Below are positions 30,307-45,899 of a stretch of 64,000 nt of DNA, piece by piece (the stretch's first letter is position 1; every line of letters begins with the position of its first letter). This DNA is from the human T2T-CHM13v2.0 reference genome, Homo sapiens. The notes under the pieces were generated by a model. The model was not told the DNA's origin and ran no database searches. It saw only the letters and a list, made by a program, of their open reading frames with translations. The stretch lies in assembly GCF_009914755.1 (NCBI RefSeq), contig NC_060929.1, one strand, 5' to 3'. The position numbers and the translations under genes are program-made.

Positions 30307-31440
30307 CTACTTCCTGTGTGTTTGGGCAAGATAATATTCTAAGGGAATATTGAAGGAACCGAAGTAGAATGGGCTCCTTTTGGTAGTCTTTTCCTGTAAA
30401 CCAGCATAATTTTTAAGAAGTAAGACCTAATGTAAGGAGAGGGCTGTGTTTGAAGAGACATTAGGGAATACTGTAGATCCCGATGGTGCAGTTAAGCAAG
30501 CCTATAGCTGTGTATATTTGGCATCTAACCAGAAATATACAGTTCTGACATTTTGGGGAATTAACTTTGCTGTTAAGTCATTGCAGCCCTGGAGACTAAA
30601 ACTCAAGGACTCTTGGTCCTCCTCATGTCCTAATTTGACGTTCCTTGGCCTAAATCTGGCGATCAGCCTCGGGCCCTCTGCCTCATTGTTTTTTGCAGAA
30701 TTAGAAGGAATCAAGATACTTTCTGTAGAGCTCCTGCTACCACACTGACAACTGTGTTCATGGCCCATGTAGCCCAAACCTCTTCAGCCATCTGCTCAGC
30801 CTACTGGCCACAGTTCTGAATTAAGCAACTGGAGGCCAGTCATTAACAAACACCTTCTGTTGGCTTATACACCATGACCAAGAAACTTCAATTGGCAGTT
30901 TGAGGTCATACAAGACACTTAACTTGAATATGTTTTATGCAGGAAAATCAACTCATAGGTACTGCCATGTAAGCATTATACATATTGATTAAATAATATT
31001 AATGCAAGGTCCATGGGCAGGTTATATACAAAATGACTCTGTTGCCACATAAGGAGGTTGTGGCTGTATGAGCATCCCTTTAAATCATGCAACAATATTT
31101 TGGAATATCTTTCAAGTAGGTAACAGGGCTAATTAGGTCATCAACAAAGATTTGTGTTCCCCTTCCATAGAGTAAAGCTGGGTGCTAGGAGGCTGCTGTC
31201 CACCTAGGATCTAGATTTCCCTGAATATCAGGCATAGGTGGAGCCTAGTGTCTAGTTTCTTCACAGTGAAACATGAAGAGATATCTTTCTGTAGTCTTGT
31301 CTCCATATACCAGTGGAATGTGACTGTCTCCAAGACCCTGGAAGAAGAACCCTGGGTCCCTACATAATCATGTGAAAGGCTACTAGCCAAGGAAATTAAT
31401 GTGTGAGAAATATAACTCTATTGTGTTAAGATTTGAGGGG

Positions 31441-33740
31441 TGATATGGTTTGGCTGTGTCCCCACCCAAATCTCATCTTGAATTGTAACTCCAACAATTC
31501 CCACATGTCATGGGAGGGACCCAGTGGGAGGTAATTTAATCATGGGGGCATGTCTTTATTATGCTACTTGTGATAGTGGGTAAGTCTCATAAGATCCGAT
31601 GGTTTTATAAATAGGAGTTCCCCTGCACAAGCCCTCTCTCTTTGCCTGACACCATCCATATAAGGGACTTGCTCCTCCTTGCCTTCTGCCATGATTGTGA
31701 GGCCTCCCCAGCCACATGGAACTGTAAGTCCATTAAACGTCTTTATCTTCCCAGTCTCGGGTATGTCTTTATCAGCAACATGAAAATGGACTATACAGTA
31801 AATTGGTACCAGTAGAGTGGGGTGCTGCTAAAAAGATACCCAAAAATGTGGAAGCGACTTTGGAACTGGGTAACAGACAGAGGTTGGAACAATTTGTAGG
31901 GCTCAGAAGATGACAGGAAAATGTGGGAAAATTTGGAACTCTCTAGAGACTTATTGAATGGCTTTGACCAAAATGCTGATAAAGATATGGACAATGAAAT
32001 CCAGGCTCAGATGGTCTCAGATGGATATGAGGAACTTGTTGGGAACTGGAGCAAAGGTGACTCTTGTTATGTCTTATCAAAGAGACTGGCAGCATTTTGC
32101 CCCTGCCCTAGAGATTTGTGGAACTTTGAACTTGAGAGAGATGATTTAGGTTATCTGGCAGAAAAAAAATTCTAAGCAGCAAAGCATTCAAGACATGACT
32201 TCGGTGCTGTTAAAGGCATTCAGTTTCATAAGGGAAGGACAGCATAAAAGTTTGGAAAATTTGCAGGCTGACAATGTGATAAAAAAGAAAATCCCATCTT
32301 CTTAGGAGAAATTCAAAGTGGCTGCAGATATTTGCAGAAGTAATGAGGAGCCCAGTGTTAATCCCCAAGACAATGGGGAAAATGTCTCCAGGGCATGTCA
32401 GAGGGTTCTTCATGCAGCCCTTCCCATCACAGCCCTGGAGGCCTAAGAGCATAAAATGGTTTTGTGGTCTGGGCCTAGAATCCCTGTGCTGTGTGCAGCC
32501 TAGGGACTTGGTTCTCTGTGTCCCAGCTGCTCCAGCCATGGCCAAAATGGGTCAATGTAGAGCTCAGGCTGTAGCTTCAGAGGGTGTAAGCCCCAAGCCT
32601 TGGTAGCTTCCACATGGTGTTGAGCCTGCGAGTGCACAGAAGTCAAGAATTGGGGTTTGGGAACCTCCATCAAGATTTCAGAGGATGTATTGAAATGCCT
32701 GGATGCCCAAGCAGAAGTTTGCTGCAGGGGTGGGGCCATCATGGAGAACCTTGGCTAGGGCAGTGCAGAAGGGAAATGTGGGGCTGGAGCCCACACACAG
32801 AGTCACAACTGGAGCACTGCCTAGTGGAGCTGTGAGGAGAGGGCTACCATCCTTCAGACCCCACAATGGTAGTTCCACCAACAGGTTGCACTATGCACCT
32901 GGAAAAGCCACAGACACTCAACCCCAGCCTGTGAAAGCAGCCAGGAATGAGGTTGTACCCTGCAAAGCCACAGGAGTGGAGCTGCCCAAGACCATGCGAA
33001 ACCACCTCTTGCAATATGTGACTCAGATGTGAAACGTGGAGTCAAAGGAAATCATTTTGGAACTTTAAGATTTGACTGCCCCATTGGGTTTCAGATGTGC
33101 ATGCGGCCTGTAGCCTCTTTGTTTTGGCCAATTTCTCCCATTTGGAATGGCTGTATTTACCTAATGCTTGTACCCCCATTGTATCTAGGAGGTAACTAAC
33201 TTGCTTTTGATTTTACAGGCTTATAGGCAGAAGGGACTTGCCTTTTTTCAGATAAGACTTTGGACTGTGGACTTTTGAGTTAATGCTGAAATTAGTTAAG
33301 ATTTTGGGGAACTGTTAGGAAGGCATGATTGGTTTTGAAATGTGAGGACATGAGATTTCGGAGGGGCCAGGGGCAGAATGATATGGTTTGGCTGCATCCC
33401 CACCCAAATCTCATCTTGAATTGTAGCTCCCATAATTTCCAAGTGTTATGGGAGGGACCCAATGGGAGATAATTGAATCATGGGGGCACTTTCTCCTATA
33501 CTATTCTCATAGTAGTGAATAAGTCTTATGAGATCTGATGGTGTTATAAGGGGAAACTCTTTTCACTTGATTCTCATTCACTCTCTTGCCACCGCCACGT
33601 AAGAAGTGCCTTTTGCCTTCCACAATGATTGTGAGGCCTTCCTAGCCACATTGAACTGTAAGTCCATTGAACCTCTTTCTTTTGTAAATTGCCCAGTCTC
33701 AGATATGTCTTTATCAGCAGCATGAAAAGGGACTAATACC
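31441..33740 (+). mobile_element. Full THE1 (MaLR) provirus: LTR 31441-31797, internal 31798-33378, LTR 33379-33740
   Basis: Both LTRs begin tgatatggtttggctg; internal ORF remnant MWENLELSRDLLNGFDQNAD; flanks agggg/aggag are a near TSD; inserted in an older MLT1 fragment. Confidence 0.95.
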
Positions 33741-34749
33741 AGGAGTTATCTGTTAGAGAAGCTAATGTGTTATTAATTAATACAGCTAAGCATGGTTGAT
33801 TTATTTATAATTTACTTTGTTTCACAAAATATTTGAGATAACCTACAAGATTACATACATTTAAATGAAAATAAATATAAGAAAATAAAAATTAGAATAT
33901 AAGGCTAAGATCAATGGACATTTGGAGCAGAAATTTTCAGGATATGCAGAAATATAAAGTTGAGCCACAAATTTGGTTCCTGACTTCCTGGAAACCAAAG
34001 CGATAATAAGAAATTCTGTTTCATGTATATAATTCATATTGCCCATAAGGAGAAAGCATACTAATTTCTGAAGCACAGAAAAAAATTTCTGGCACTTCAG
34101 TTTGAAAGAAATTTATCTTACAGGGTGTCATATAAGAAATACTGAGGAATATGATAAACAGTGTCCTCTATCATATTTCTTAGTAAATACAGATAGTGAC
34201 GTTTGTAAAGACATTTCTTGTAAGCTATTGGCATCCACCACGGGTCACTTGTCAATGTGATTATGGTGGTGGTGGCTAGACACAGAGATAAATAAGATCT
34301 ATATCCTGAACCAGAGAAACTCAGTTTCTAGTGGGAAAGAAGGATATGTTATGCAGAAAATGATAATACAGAGTGATAAGTACTGGGAGAGGAGAATTAA
34401 TTAGCATGTTCTGGTCAATTTTATAAAGGTTTTTGTTTCTTTCCTTAATGATTCAAAAAAAAACAGCCTTATTTTTCTTGGCTGTATTTTATTTTAATAA
34501 CATAAATTTCCAAGATAAGAGTAGGGGACTAGACTTGTGAGTCACTCTTAAGGTGGTAGCTCACAGTTTCTGATTCCTGTAACTGGAAAACATGAGGATG
34601 GTAGGCAGAGGCTACAGAAAAAACACAGGTTTTGGGTCACATATTCCTGGGCTTGAGATCCAGCTTTCATATTTATTGGCTGTGTAACCCTAGTCAAGTT
34701 CCTTCACATCTCTCAGCCATCTTTTGCATTAAAATAAGACAATAGAGGA

Positions 34750-35470
<721 letters not shown>

Positions 35471-35659
35471 TCATCCGATCTCAAGTCCAATCATCTGAAA
35501 GCCTACTCTGGTTAAAATATAAATCTAAACTTCAATATTTTCCCAAAATTCAGCCTTCAACTTCCTTTTAGAAGAAAGAAGTGAACTTCCTTTGAAAGAT
35601 GCAAATGAGTTTTTACATCCCTTGAATCTACATGTCTCCTCTAGTCAGTTCAAATCCAG

Positions 35660-35844
35660 CAGTGTTTCTCAAAGTGTGCTCTTCACATAACCTGTATAAA
35701 AATTCTCAGAGATGCTTGTTGGCACATTCTCTTAAGCTTCACTCTCTCTTAATGAATCAGAATGTTTAGAGACAGTCAGAGAATCTGCATTCTAAACAAA
35801 TTCTCCAGGAGATTTTTATGTGTATAGAAGTTTGAGAACCACTG
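35660..35844. mobile_element. MER5A-like hAT-Charlie MITE
   Basis: TIRs cagtgtttctcaaag / tttgagaaccactg; internal gaatcagaa...aatctgcatt. Confidence 0.8.
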
Positions 35845-36107
35845 CCTTAAACATTGAGAAATGGTAATATCTTAAATTGCAAAAGAAGAATCTTTATGGT
35901 CACCAGTTCATATGAAAATAGGAAAAAATTTTTTCATATTGTTTTAATATCAGTATTAAATATAAGATATTAAGGTATAAGTGGCAGAAGGATAAGCAGT
36001 TATTTAAAAAGTTGATTGAAAACATTTGAATTTTTAAAGAAATTAATCTGTCACATAGGCATGCCCTGAGGTCATTGTGCATAAGTACTCCTCATAAATA
36101 GATGTAA

Positions 36108-36466
<359 letters not shown>

Positions 36467-36547
36467 AACCTTTCTCCTTTCTTTCGTAAGTCTCCAGTGT
36501 CTATTAGGAACATGAAAATGAGTTGTTTTCCTTGGGACCATGTATAG

Positions 36548-36858
36548 TTTATTTATTTTTATTTTTTATTTTTTTGAGACAGGGTCTCACTTTGTCACCC
36601 AGGCTGGAGTGCAGTGGTGAAATCTTGGCTCACTGTAGCCTTGACCTCCCAGGTTCAAGCAATCCTTCTTCCTCAGCCCCTCCGGATAGCTGGGACTACA
36701 GGTGCATGCCACCACACCTGGCTAATATTTGTATTTTTTTGTAGAGATGGGATTTCACCATATTTCCCAGGTTGGTCTCGAACTCCTGGACTAAAGCCAT
36801 GCACCCACCTTGGCCTCTCAAAGTGCTAGGATTACAGACGTGAGTGACCGCACCCAGC
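36548..36858 (-). mobile_element. AluJ
   Basis: gagacagggtctcactttgtcacc...cactgtagccttgacctccc...aactcctggactaaagc. Confidence 0.9.
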
Positions 36859-37779
36859 AGTTCATTCTTGCCATGTACACTGAGAGTTATACTTAGTTAC
36901 TCAGTGAGAAGGCCTGCCCTTGGGAAGAGAAGTTTTAAGACTCGAGACTGCAGCAGAAGAAAAAAATTATTGTATGTCTCAGTCACTCCACTTTCCCCAG
37001 ACTTACAAACCAATTTCTCATCACCCTTATGTTTACTAACGTAGATACTTCAGATATGGATGCCTCATCCATGTCTGAGCTTTTCTTCTCTGCTACCCTA
37101 CCACTTGACTGAATCTAATAAGTACAATACTGAATTATTTAGAAGAGTTCCAACACATCTCTCTAGGAAAACACACAGGAAAGAAGACAATATAACATTT
37201 ATAAAGAGCTAAAGTAAAATATTTCCAACCTAGATTTCTATCCTAGAAAAAATGTCTTTCAAAATTGAAGGCAAAATAAAGATTTTTTCAGACCAACCAA
37301 ATAGGAAAGAATTCATAGCCAGCAGTCTTGCTCTATGGGAAATGTTAAAGGAAGTTGTCTTTTTTTTCTACTAAAAAGAAAATGATACTAGATGAAAGTT
37401 TTAATCTCCACAGAGGAGTAAAAACCTGCAGAAGTGGTAACCATGCATGTATCCATGTATAAAAATATTTTGCTCTCATGTTTAATCTCATCAAATGGTT
37501 TGACTAAAGCAAAAATAATAATAATGTATTGCAGGGCTTATAACATATGTAAAGTTGAAATACATGCCAACAATAGCACAAAAGAGAAGAGGGAGGAAAT
37601 GGAAGTACACTGCTGGAAGTTTCTCATAATACATATAAGTTGTTATAAATATTATTGGAAGGCAGACTGTGGTATGTTAAAGATGTATACTGTAAACTTA
37701 AAGCAACCACTAAAATAACACAACAAGGACTTGTGAGACAGATTTCTTAGGACACAAAATTGTGAACTATAAATAAAAT

Positions 37780-38108
37780 GGGCTGGGCGTGGTGGCTCAC
37801 GCCTGTAAAATGCACTTTGGGAGGCTGAGGTGGGTGGATCACCTGAGGTCAGGAGTTTGAGGCCAGCCTGACCAACATGATGAAACCCCATCTCTACTAA
37901 AAATACAAAAATTACCTGGGCGTTGTGGCGGGCGCCTGTAATCCCAGCTACTTGGGAGGCCGAGGCAGGAGAATCATTTGAACCTGGAAGGTGGAGGTTG
38001 CAGTCCTCCTTCCTCCACCGAAAGGATCGTGCCATTGCACTCCAGCCTGGGCAACAAGAGCAAAACTCTACATCAAAAATATAAATAAACATAAACAATA
38101 AATAAAAT
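37780..38108 (+). mobile_element. AluS with an internal ~20-nt non-Alu insertion
   Basis: Full dimer; foreign segment at 38005-38024. Confidence 0.9.
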
Positions 38109-38205
38109 GGATAATTTAAACTTTATCAAAATCAAAATTTTTTCCCTTCGCAAGTTATGGTTTTGAAAATGGTGAGTAAGCCACAGACTGGAAGACAATG
38201 TTTTC

Positions 38206-39093
<888 letters not shown>

Positions 39094-40479
39094 TGGAAGA
39101 CAATGTTTTCAAAACACATGTCTGATAAAGGATTTGTACCCATAATACATACAGAATACTTAATCTCAATAGCAAGCATAGAAACAACTCAATTAAAAAA
39201 TAGGCAAAGATTTGGATGTACACTTATCCAAAGAACATATACTAATAGAAAAATAAAGATAGCAAAGGATGCTCAATATTATTAATCATTTGGAAAATGC
39301 AAATTAAAATGACAGTAAAATATCCTGACTCATGCACTAGAATACCTAAACTTAAAAAGACCGACAATACCCATTGTTGGCTAGGGTATGGAGCAACTGG
39401 AATTCTCATATGTCACTGGTAGGAATGCAAAATGGCAGTCAGTGTGGATGAAGTTAGGATAGTTATTAGAAAGTTAAACAATCACTTGCCATATATATCT
39501 TACCAAGAAAACTAAAAACCTATGTCCACATAAAGACATGTATGTGAATGTGCATAGCATTTTTATTCATAATAACCTTGAACCAATTGAGATATGTCCA
39601 TATAACAGGATACTATTCATCAAGAAAAAGGAACAGACCACTGGTGTATGCAAGAACATGGATAAATCTCACAAGCATTATGCTGAATGAAAGAGCCAGA
39701 CACAAAAATCGGGTACTCTATGATACAATTTACCTAAAATTCTACAAACTATAGTGACAGAAAGCAGATCAGTTTTTGCCAGGAGCCAAGGAGTGGGGAG
39801 GATTAACGGCAAAAAGGTACAGGACAAGCCATGAAAATGACTTGACTCGGGCCATGGTTACAAAACTGCGTACACATTGGACTGTACAATTAAAATTGGT
39901 AAATTTTATTGTATGTGAATTATGACTCAGCAAAGCTGATTTTCTGAAAAACTTGGAGAAATGGTGAATCCAGTACTATGCAAGAGAAAGTACAGAATAA
40001 ATCTAGAATATCTCTTTGTGTAAGAATATAAAGAAGTGCTCAATAAATAATGGGGGAATGTCAAAAGGAAAAAGGGGCCAATTTGAAGGGGCTCCCACTG
40101 AGCAGATCAGCGATAATTTTAGCATCAAGATAAATAATAATATAATGAATTATAACTCATTGAACAAAATAAGAATCAGTTAATCCATACTGTTATAAAT
40201 AAGTCAATGAAAAATAAGTCAATGGGAGCAAAGAGAATGCCATTAAAGTATAGAAGGAATGAAGGTATTAGAAAATCATCAGCAGAGAGTAAAAGTGGTA
40301 GGTTAAAGTTTTACAACCAACAGGCTGTTGATGTAGTCTCAAAGTATCCCACTGTTCATAATTCTTAGATATAAAGGGAATAATAGTAACTTTACAGTGA
40401 AGAAAGCTGGCTAACACTACCTTAACCAAGTGATCAAAGATAACAGGTGAGACATGAGAGAAGTACCAACAGAGATTTG

Positions 40480-41080
40480 GAAGGCATGGAGACTCCTTGG
40501 AGCAGATGGCTTTTGAGATGTGCTTGGAGAGTTGAATGGTATTTCACCAGGCAAAGGAGGCACAAGAGGCTTCCAGGCCGAAGGTGTACCAAATGCAAAG
40601 AAGTGGGAAGTATAAGGATACCCTGCGTTTAAAGACATGCAAGCAGTTAGTTGTGAATGATAGGGTAGGTGTGAAGGGAAAAGAGATGAAGTATGAACCT
40701 AGAAGAAGGCCAGTGTCAAATTGTGAGAATTCACAGTGCCATTTGTTAAAGGTTTTTCACTATATCTTGAATGTGATGTATTTGAAGATAGTCAAGTAGA
40801 GATGTTTTCTCAAGGCAGAAGAGTCTGTGGCTCAGGAGGAAGTTCTGGGCTTGAAATTAGATGTTTGGAAGTCGTTAAAGTACAGTTGTTAGTGAAGCCA
40901 GTGGGGTAGATGGGCTCCACAGGAAAGAGGGAGGCAGAGCAAGAATAGAAAAAAATACACATGCCCCTAACATCAGCATTTATAGGACACTAGAAGGGAG
41001 GAAGCAAACTCAGAAAATAAGGCCAAGGAGTTGGAGGAAAACCAGGAGAGAATAGGATGTCAGAAACCAACCAAAGTTAA
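40480..41080 (-). mobile_element. L2 fragments
   Basis: Purine-rich reverse L2 motifs (ttccaggccgaagg...caaatgcaaag; ggctcaggaggaagttctgggcttg; aaaaccaggagag). Confidence 0.5.
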
Positions 41081-42294
41081 CAATTTTATCCCCCAGATTA
41101 AAATTCTATATATAATGTATAAACTAAATATCCATTTTTTGTCATCTGCACATTCCTTGCATGTAATTTGCTGAGCTATATAGATAAGTAGACCAGTTAC
41201 CATGCCTCTTTGTCAGTGGATCTTTAGCAGGAAAAATGAGGAACTATATGAGCTGATTTCTGAGGTCTTTTCTGCTTTAACTCTCTCTGATATTATTGAT
41301 GCTTGGTCAGAATTCAGAACTCAGGTTTTCAATGCTAATAGAAAACAAAGTTAAATGTGTTTCATTTATACTATGATGTGGCAGGAACTGCAGCTGGGTA
41401 TGACTTATTTCCAAAGAAGGCAGAGGCAAGCCTTTGGAAACATATTTCAAATCATTCTAACGCTGCAGTCATATGAAACTTAAGTGTTTAAGGCAACAGA
41501 AGAAATAGCACTGCTATTTGTTAGAACTGCTCGACCACATGGCTTCATTTACATCGTTACATTGGGCTGAATTGTGGGGCTGAGGTTAAAAGTTTAGTCT
41601 TCAGACAAAACAGGTGATTCAGACACTGTCACAGCTGAAGGGCCCAGCCACATACCCTCAAGCAGATTGTTTCTGGTTTTTCATAAGGAATCTAGTTATT
41701 CATTGACTTGAAAGTATTTGTACACATGTGTCATTTGTGTGTTTTTCCTGAATCAGTTTGCTCAGCAAAGAGCCAGTGAATAGGTACTTTGTGTAAACAC
41801 TGTGCTATCCACTGCTGAGGAATAGAGAGATGAAAACAACATAGCCCCAGACAACAAGAAACTTACAGTCTAACAAGGGCAGACAGATATCTAAATATGT
41901 GTACTCTTTAAGGTAAAATAGAACTGATGCTATGGTAGATGAAGAAAAAAAAATCTTAGCTCATCATTTTCTGCTACAGGCACAAATGGTACACCAAATC
42001 TCTTGATTTGTATTGTAACAGTAGAGGCCTTTGAAAGCAAGGGATATCGAACATTTGAACTTGGCTCTTAGCTACAGCATTAATGGGATGTGATTAAAAT
42101 GTACCTGAAGACCAATATTTAAAGCAGGACAAAATTCTGTTTCTAATTGTTCCCCTTCTCAAAAGAAGAAAGAAGGAGCTTCTAGAGGGATAAGGTAGTT
42201 GTATGTTGAGGCTTTAATATTCTGGTAAACTGCGAGATTCTTTAGCACCCTTGTTTACATTGTTTATACGGTAAGGAAGGTTTGGAAAAAGTAA

Positions 42295-42460
42295 AACATA
42301 TATTTATCAGTCACTTAAATAGTACTTACTTTGTGCCAGGGCTGTTCTAAGTGATTTACAAATATTATCTCAATGGTCTTAATAGACATGTAAAACCTTA
42401 TTCTTTCCATTTTGCAGATAAAAATGGAGATGCAGAGAGGTCAAGTAATTTAGCATGGTC
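42295..42460 (-). mobile_element. MIR
   Basis: tacttactttgtgccagg...ccattttgcagataaaaatggagatgcagagaggtcaagtaatt. Confidence 0.7.
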
Positions 42461-42489
42461 CTATTTATTTTCTTTCATTTTGTTGAAAG

Positions 42490-43210
42490 GTCTCAGAGGT
42501 ACAAATGGCCTACAGGACTGTTCAGAAGGCAAGTGCAGCACCTGACCAATGGCATTACAGATCATTCAGTATGCAGGATCACAACTTTGATGCCATCTTC
42601 AATGTCTCTCTCTCCACTTTGTGTGCAATCTTCAGAGCTTATTACTCATACCTTATGTTCCTCAAAGTGCTTCCCTTCCATCTGGGCAAGTGGGACTCCT
42701 GCTCTGGGTCCCATACAGCAGAGCCTCGTGCTTAACAGTGGCCTCCTCAACTTTCTGTAAGTCTCCCTTTGGTTCCTGGAGCTGTCTGCAACTATTAGTG
42801 CTATTCCAGGAGGTGACCCAAGCCCTGTAGAGGGCCCCTATGGTACCAGCTCCCTATTTCTCCCCACAGTGCATTATCTGACCCTCATTTGCCAGGAATC
42901 AACACAATGCCCTAAGGAACTTCAGGACTTCTGAATTTGGAGTCACCTTAGGGAAGATATCACTCCTGCCAGTTAGCATGATATTTCTTTCATGAAATCA
43001 TACAAGTTTGGCTACAAGAATGATGCTGATGAACTGATTTTGAGTTATTCCTACCCATGAAATACACAAGATGAATTCTGGCCTCTGGCCCAACACCAAA
43101 ATGTGTGTGAGCCATGCATTGGCTTTCACTTATGCCTGTTCTGATCATGGCGCTGCAGTGGGAATGGTGGCAGCCCCCTTCTCCCTGTGTGTCTTCCACT
43201 GCTGGCACTC
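42490..43210 (-). mobile_element. Decayed Ty3/gypsy internal fossil (PNMA-like gag plus pol remnants; probably MamGyp-int class)
   Basis: Manual translation gives, in order: AMIRTGISES, IFPKVTPNSEVLKFLRALC*FLANEGQIM, LGHLLE*, YRKLR, CPDG (degenerate YLDD?), GKHFEEH, EDGIKV, VLHLP...RPFV. Confidence 0.7.
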
Positions 43211-43846
43211 AGGGTGGTCCCTCCATCCATCTACAGCTTGGTGCTCCAAGTCAGAGATCTTCTGGGATGGCTGTACCTGACACATTTGAAGGCTTTCAAG
43301 ATTACTGCTCTACAATGCCAACAAACCTTTCTGACTGACATCCTTTCTTGCTTGTGATCAAGGTGGAGACATTGTCTTCTCCTGAGACAGTCTTAAGCCA
43401 ATGTAGATGAGGGATGTATATTTCTTGCAGGAATGGAAGAACTATTCTTGATCTGTCCATGAGCTTCTTATTTGTCTTTTCGATTGCTGTTCATGCAAAA
43501 GGAAGTTTGAAAGAAATCACATTCCAAGAATAAAATTATTATAAAGAATTCAAGAGAAAAGTATGGTTGAAGGACAAATTGTTCTACATTTATAGTATAA
43601 AATCCAAATGGTAATTTAAAATGACCAGGACACGACTTATTGCTAACATTTTCCCACAAACTAACTGAAATTTGCACCATTAACAAAGAACAGTAACAAT
43701 ATTTGAGATTATCATTGGAATCCATTATTCTCAGGAAGCACAATGGATGGTACAGCATCTTAAATAATGATCTAACAGCATTAAATAAATGGTGCTAGGA
43801 AACCAGTAGCAAGAAGGGCAATATTGTTTCAATATAAATAGATTCT

Positions 43847-44174
<328 letters not shown>

Positions 44175-45899
44175 TTAACATTTTGCCTCCTTTTCATTAT
44201 AGTGGGAGGTAAGAAATTAGGTAGGAACAATGTCTATGACAATAAAGAACATGAAGAAATGTTTCCTGAACACTACAATCTCTATATGCATTGACTAGAC
44301 AATTAACAAATGTATATGTACCTCTTCAATACATGGCTATATTTCACGTAGGTCTATAAATTTTGTAAAACAGTTTTTAAAGATCGGTAGTTTACATAGA
44401 GAAGGGCCTTGCAAAAAAAAAAAAAAAAAAAAAAAAAAAACTGCCTGTGACCCCATGCATCTTAGGAGTGGCTCTAGTCCCATATTTCTATTTTTAAATT
44501 TTCACTCTCTCTGCCTTATTACCTTTCCCTTATCCCATTGCAATACTTTTTCTAACTGGCTGGATGTTATCCTTTCTTCCCCTTATAATCTTCCTTAAAC
44601 ACATCTGCCTAATTGCTCTGGATGTTTTGGAGTTACTTCTATACTTTAAACTTCCACTGACTCTCCATTGTTCTCTGGTGAAGTACAGACCATTCATTCA
44701 TCCTCTGCAATCTAACTACAAACCACCTTTCCTACTCCATCTCTCAGTATGTAATGTTACCACACAGTAAGTCTGTAACGAAACTGAACCTCTGGCTGTT
44801 CTTCAACATGTCTTTCTCCTTCTCATCTTTACACATTTGCTTTTAATATTCCTGCCCCACTTCTGTCTCTCCCATTTCTCTCCATTACAATTATACCCAA
44901 TCTTGAAGGCCTCAAATGCCTCCATTTTCCCAAGCCCTAAGTCAGATGTCTCCTTCTTTTCATCTACATGCTTATTTAGCTGTATCTCTTTTGCAGTTTT
45001 TTTTTTTTTTTTGCCTCTTTACAAGCTGACTTAAGTGACATGAAGATGAAGGGACTTGGCCAGGGTTAGGGTTCAAATTAGTCAAATAATTGTTCATATT
45101 GGCAGAAACATATTTTTATTGCTTCCAACCATTGGCACTTAGATGATTAGTTTTATTAAAGAGAATCACAGACATTAAAGAGAACACAGACAAGACTGTG
45201 CTCTTAGTGGAAGCTGATAACAGAAATAAGCTTATGGTTTGCAAGATGAAAAGCCCAAATGCTACATTGAATAAAAACTAAGAACAAAAAAGGTCTAAAG
45301 CAAGAAGGTCTAGAAATCTTGTTAAACGCCATGCATTCACAAAGACATTTTTTCTTTTGAAAAAGAATAGAGTCAGAGGAAAGCAAGATTTCTATTTATT
45401 GCCTTTGTTGTCTTTAAAGAGCAGACCTTGCCAAAACTACAGCAGTCATGCAGATCTTGGCATCTGCAATCTCTAACAGGTTTCAGATTTCCAAAACTGA
45501 CTTGAAAATCACATGTCAGCAAACTAAAGGGGCAAGGGGAAATGCTGATAGGAAACAAGTGAGTTTTATGTGCTCTTGAAATTCTATGAAAAAAATATGC
45601 TAAATGCTAATCAGAAAGCCTGCAATCTTTCATTTTCTCTTTATGACAATGATTAAGCTCATAATGTCTTTCAGAGACTTGAGCAAAGAAAACAAGCTGG
45701 AAAATCAGTGCAGTAAATGGCAAACATGCCACGGATGTGGATTAGACTGGGAACTAGAGTCAGTGAGAACATGGTATTTGAGTAACACTGTCCCTGGATT
45801 GGCAAATCTGTCTGAGATCTGTTATATTTTGAGTCTCAAAGACACTGAAACACAGATGTGGCCATAAAGGCCATATGATTAGAACAGGAAGTCTGCAGA

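Noticed and set aside
31921-33045. Multiple ORFs
   Set aside because: Decayed THE1 internal sequence.
42455-42830. Plus-strand ORFs bounded by apparent splice sites
   Set aside because: Better explained as the antisense shadow of the gypsy fossil.
44413-44440. Isolated A28 tract as a possible retrocopy tail
   Set aside because: No upstream recognisable element or poly(A) signal and no TSD; treated as a simple repeat.
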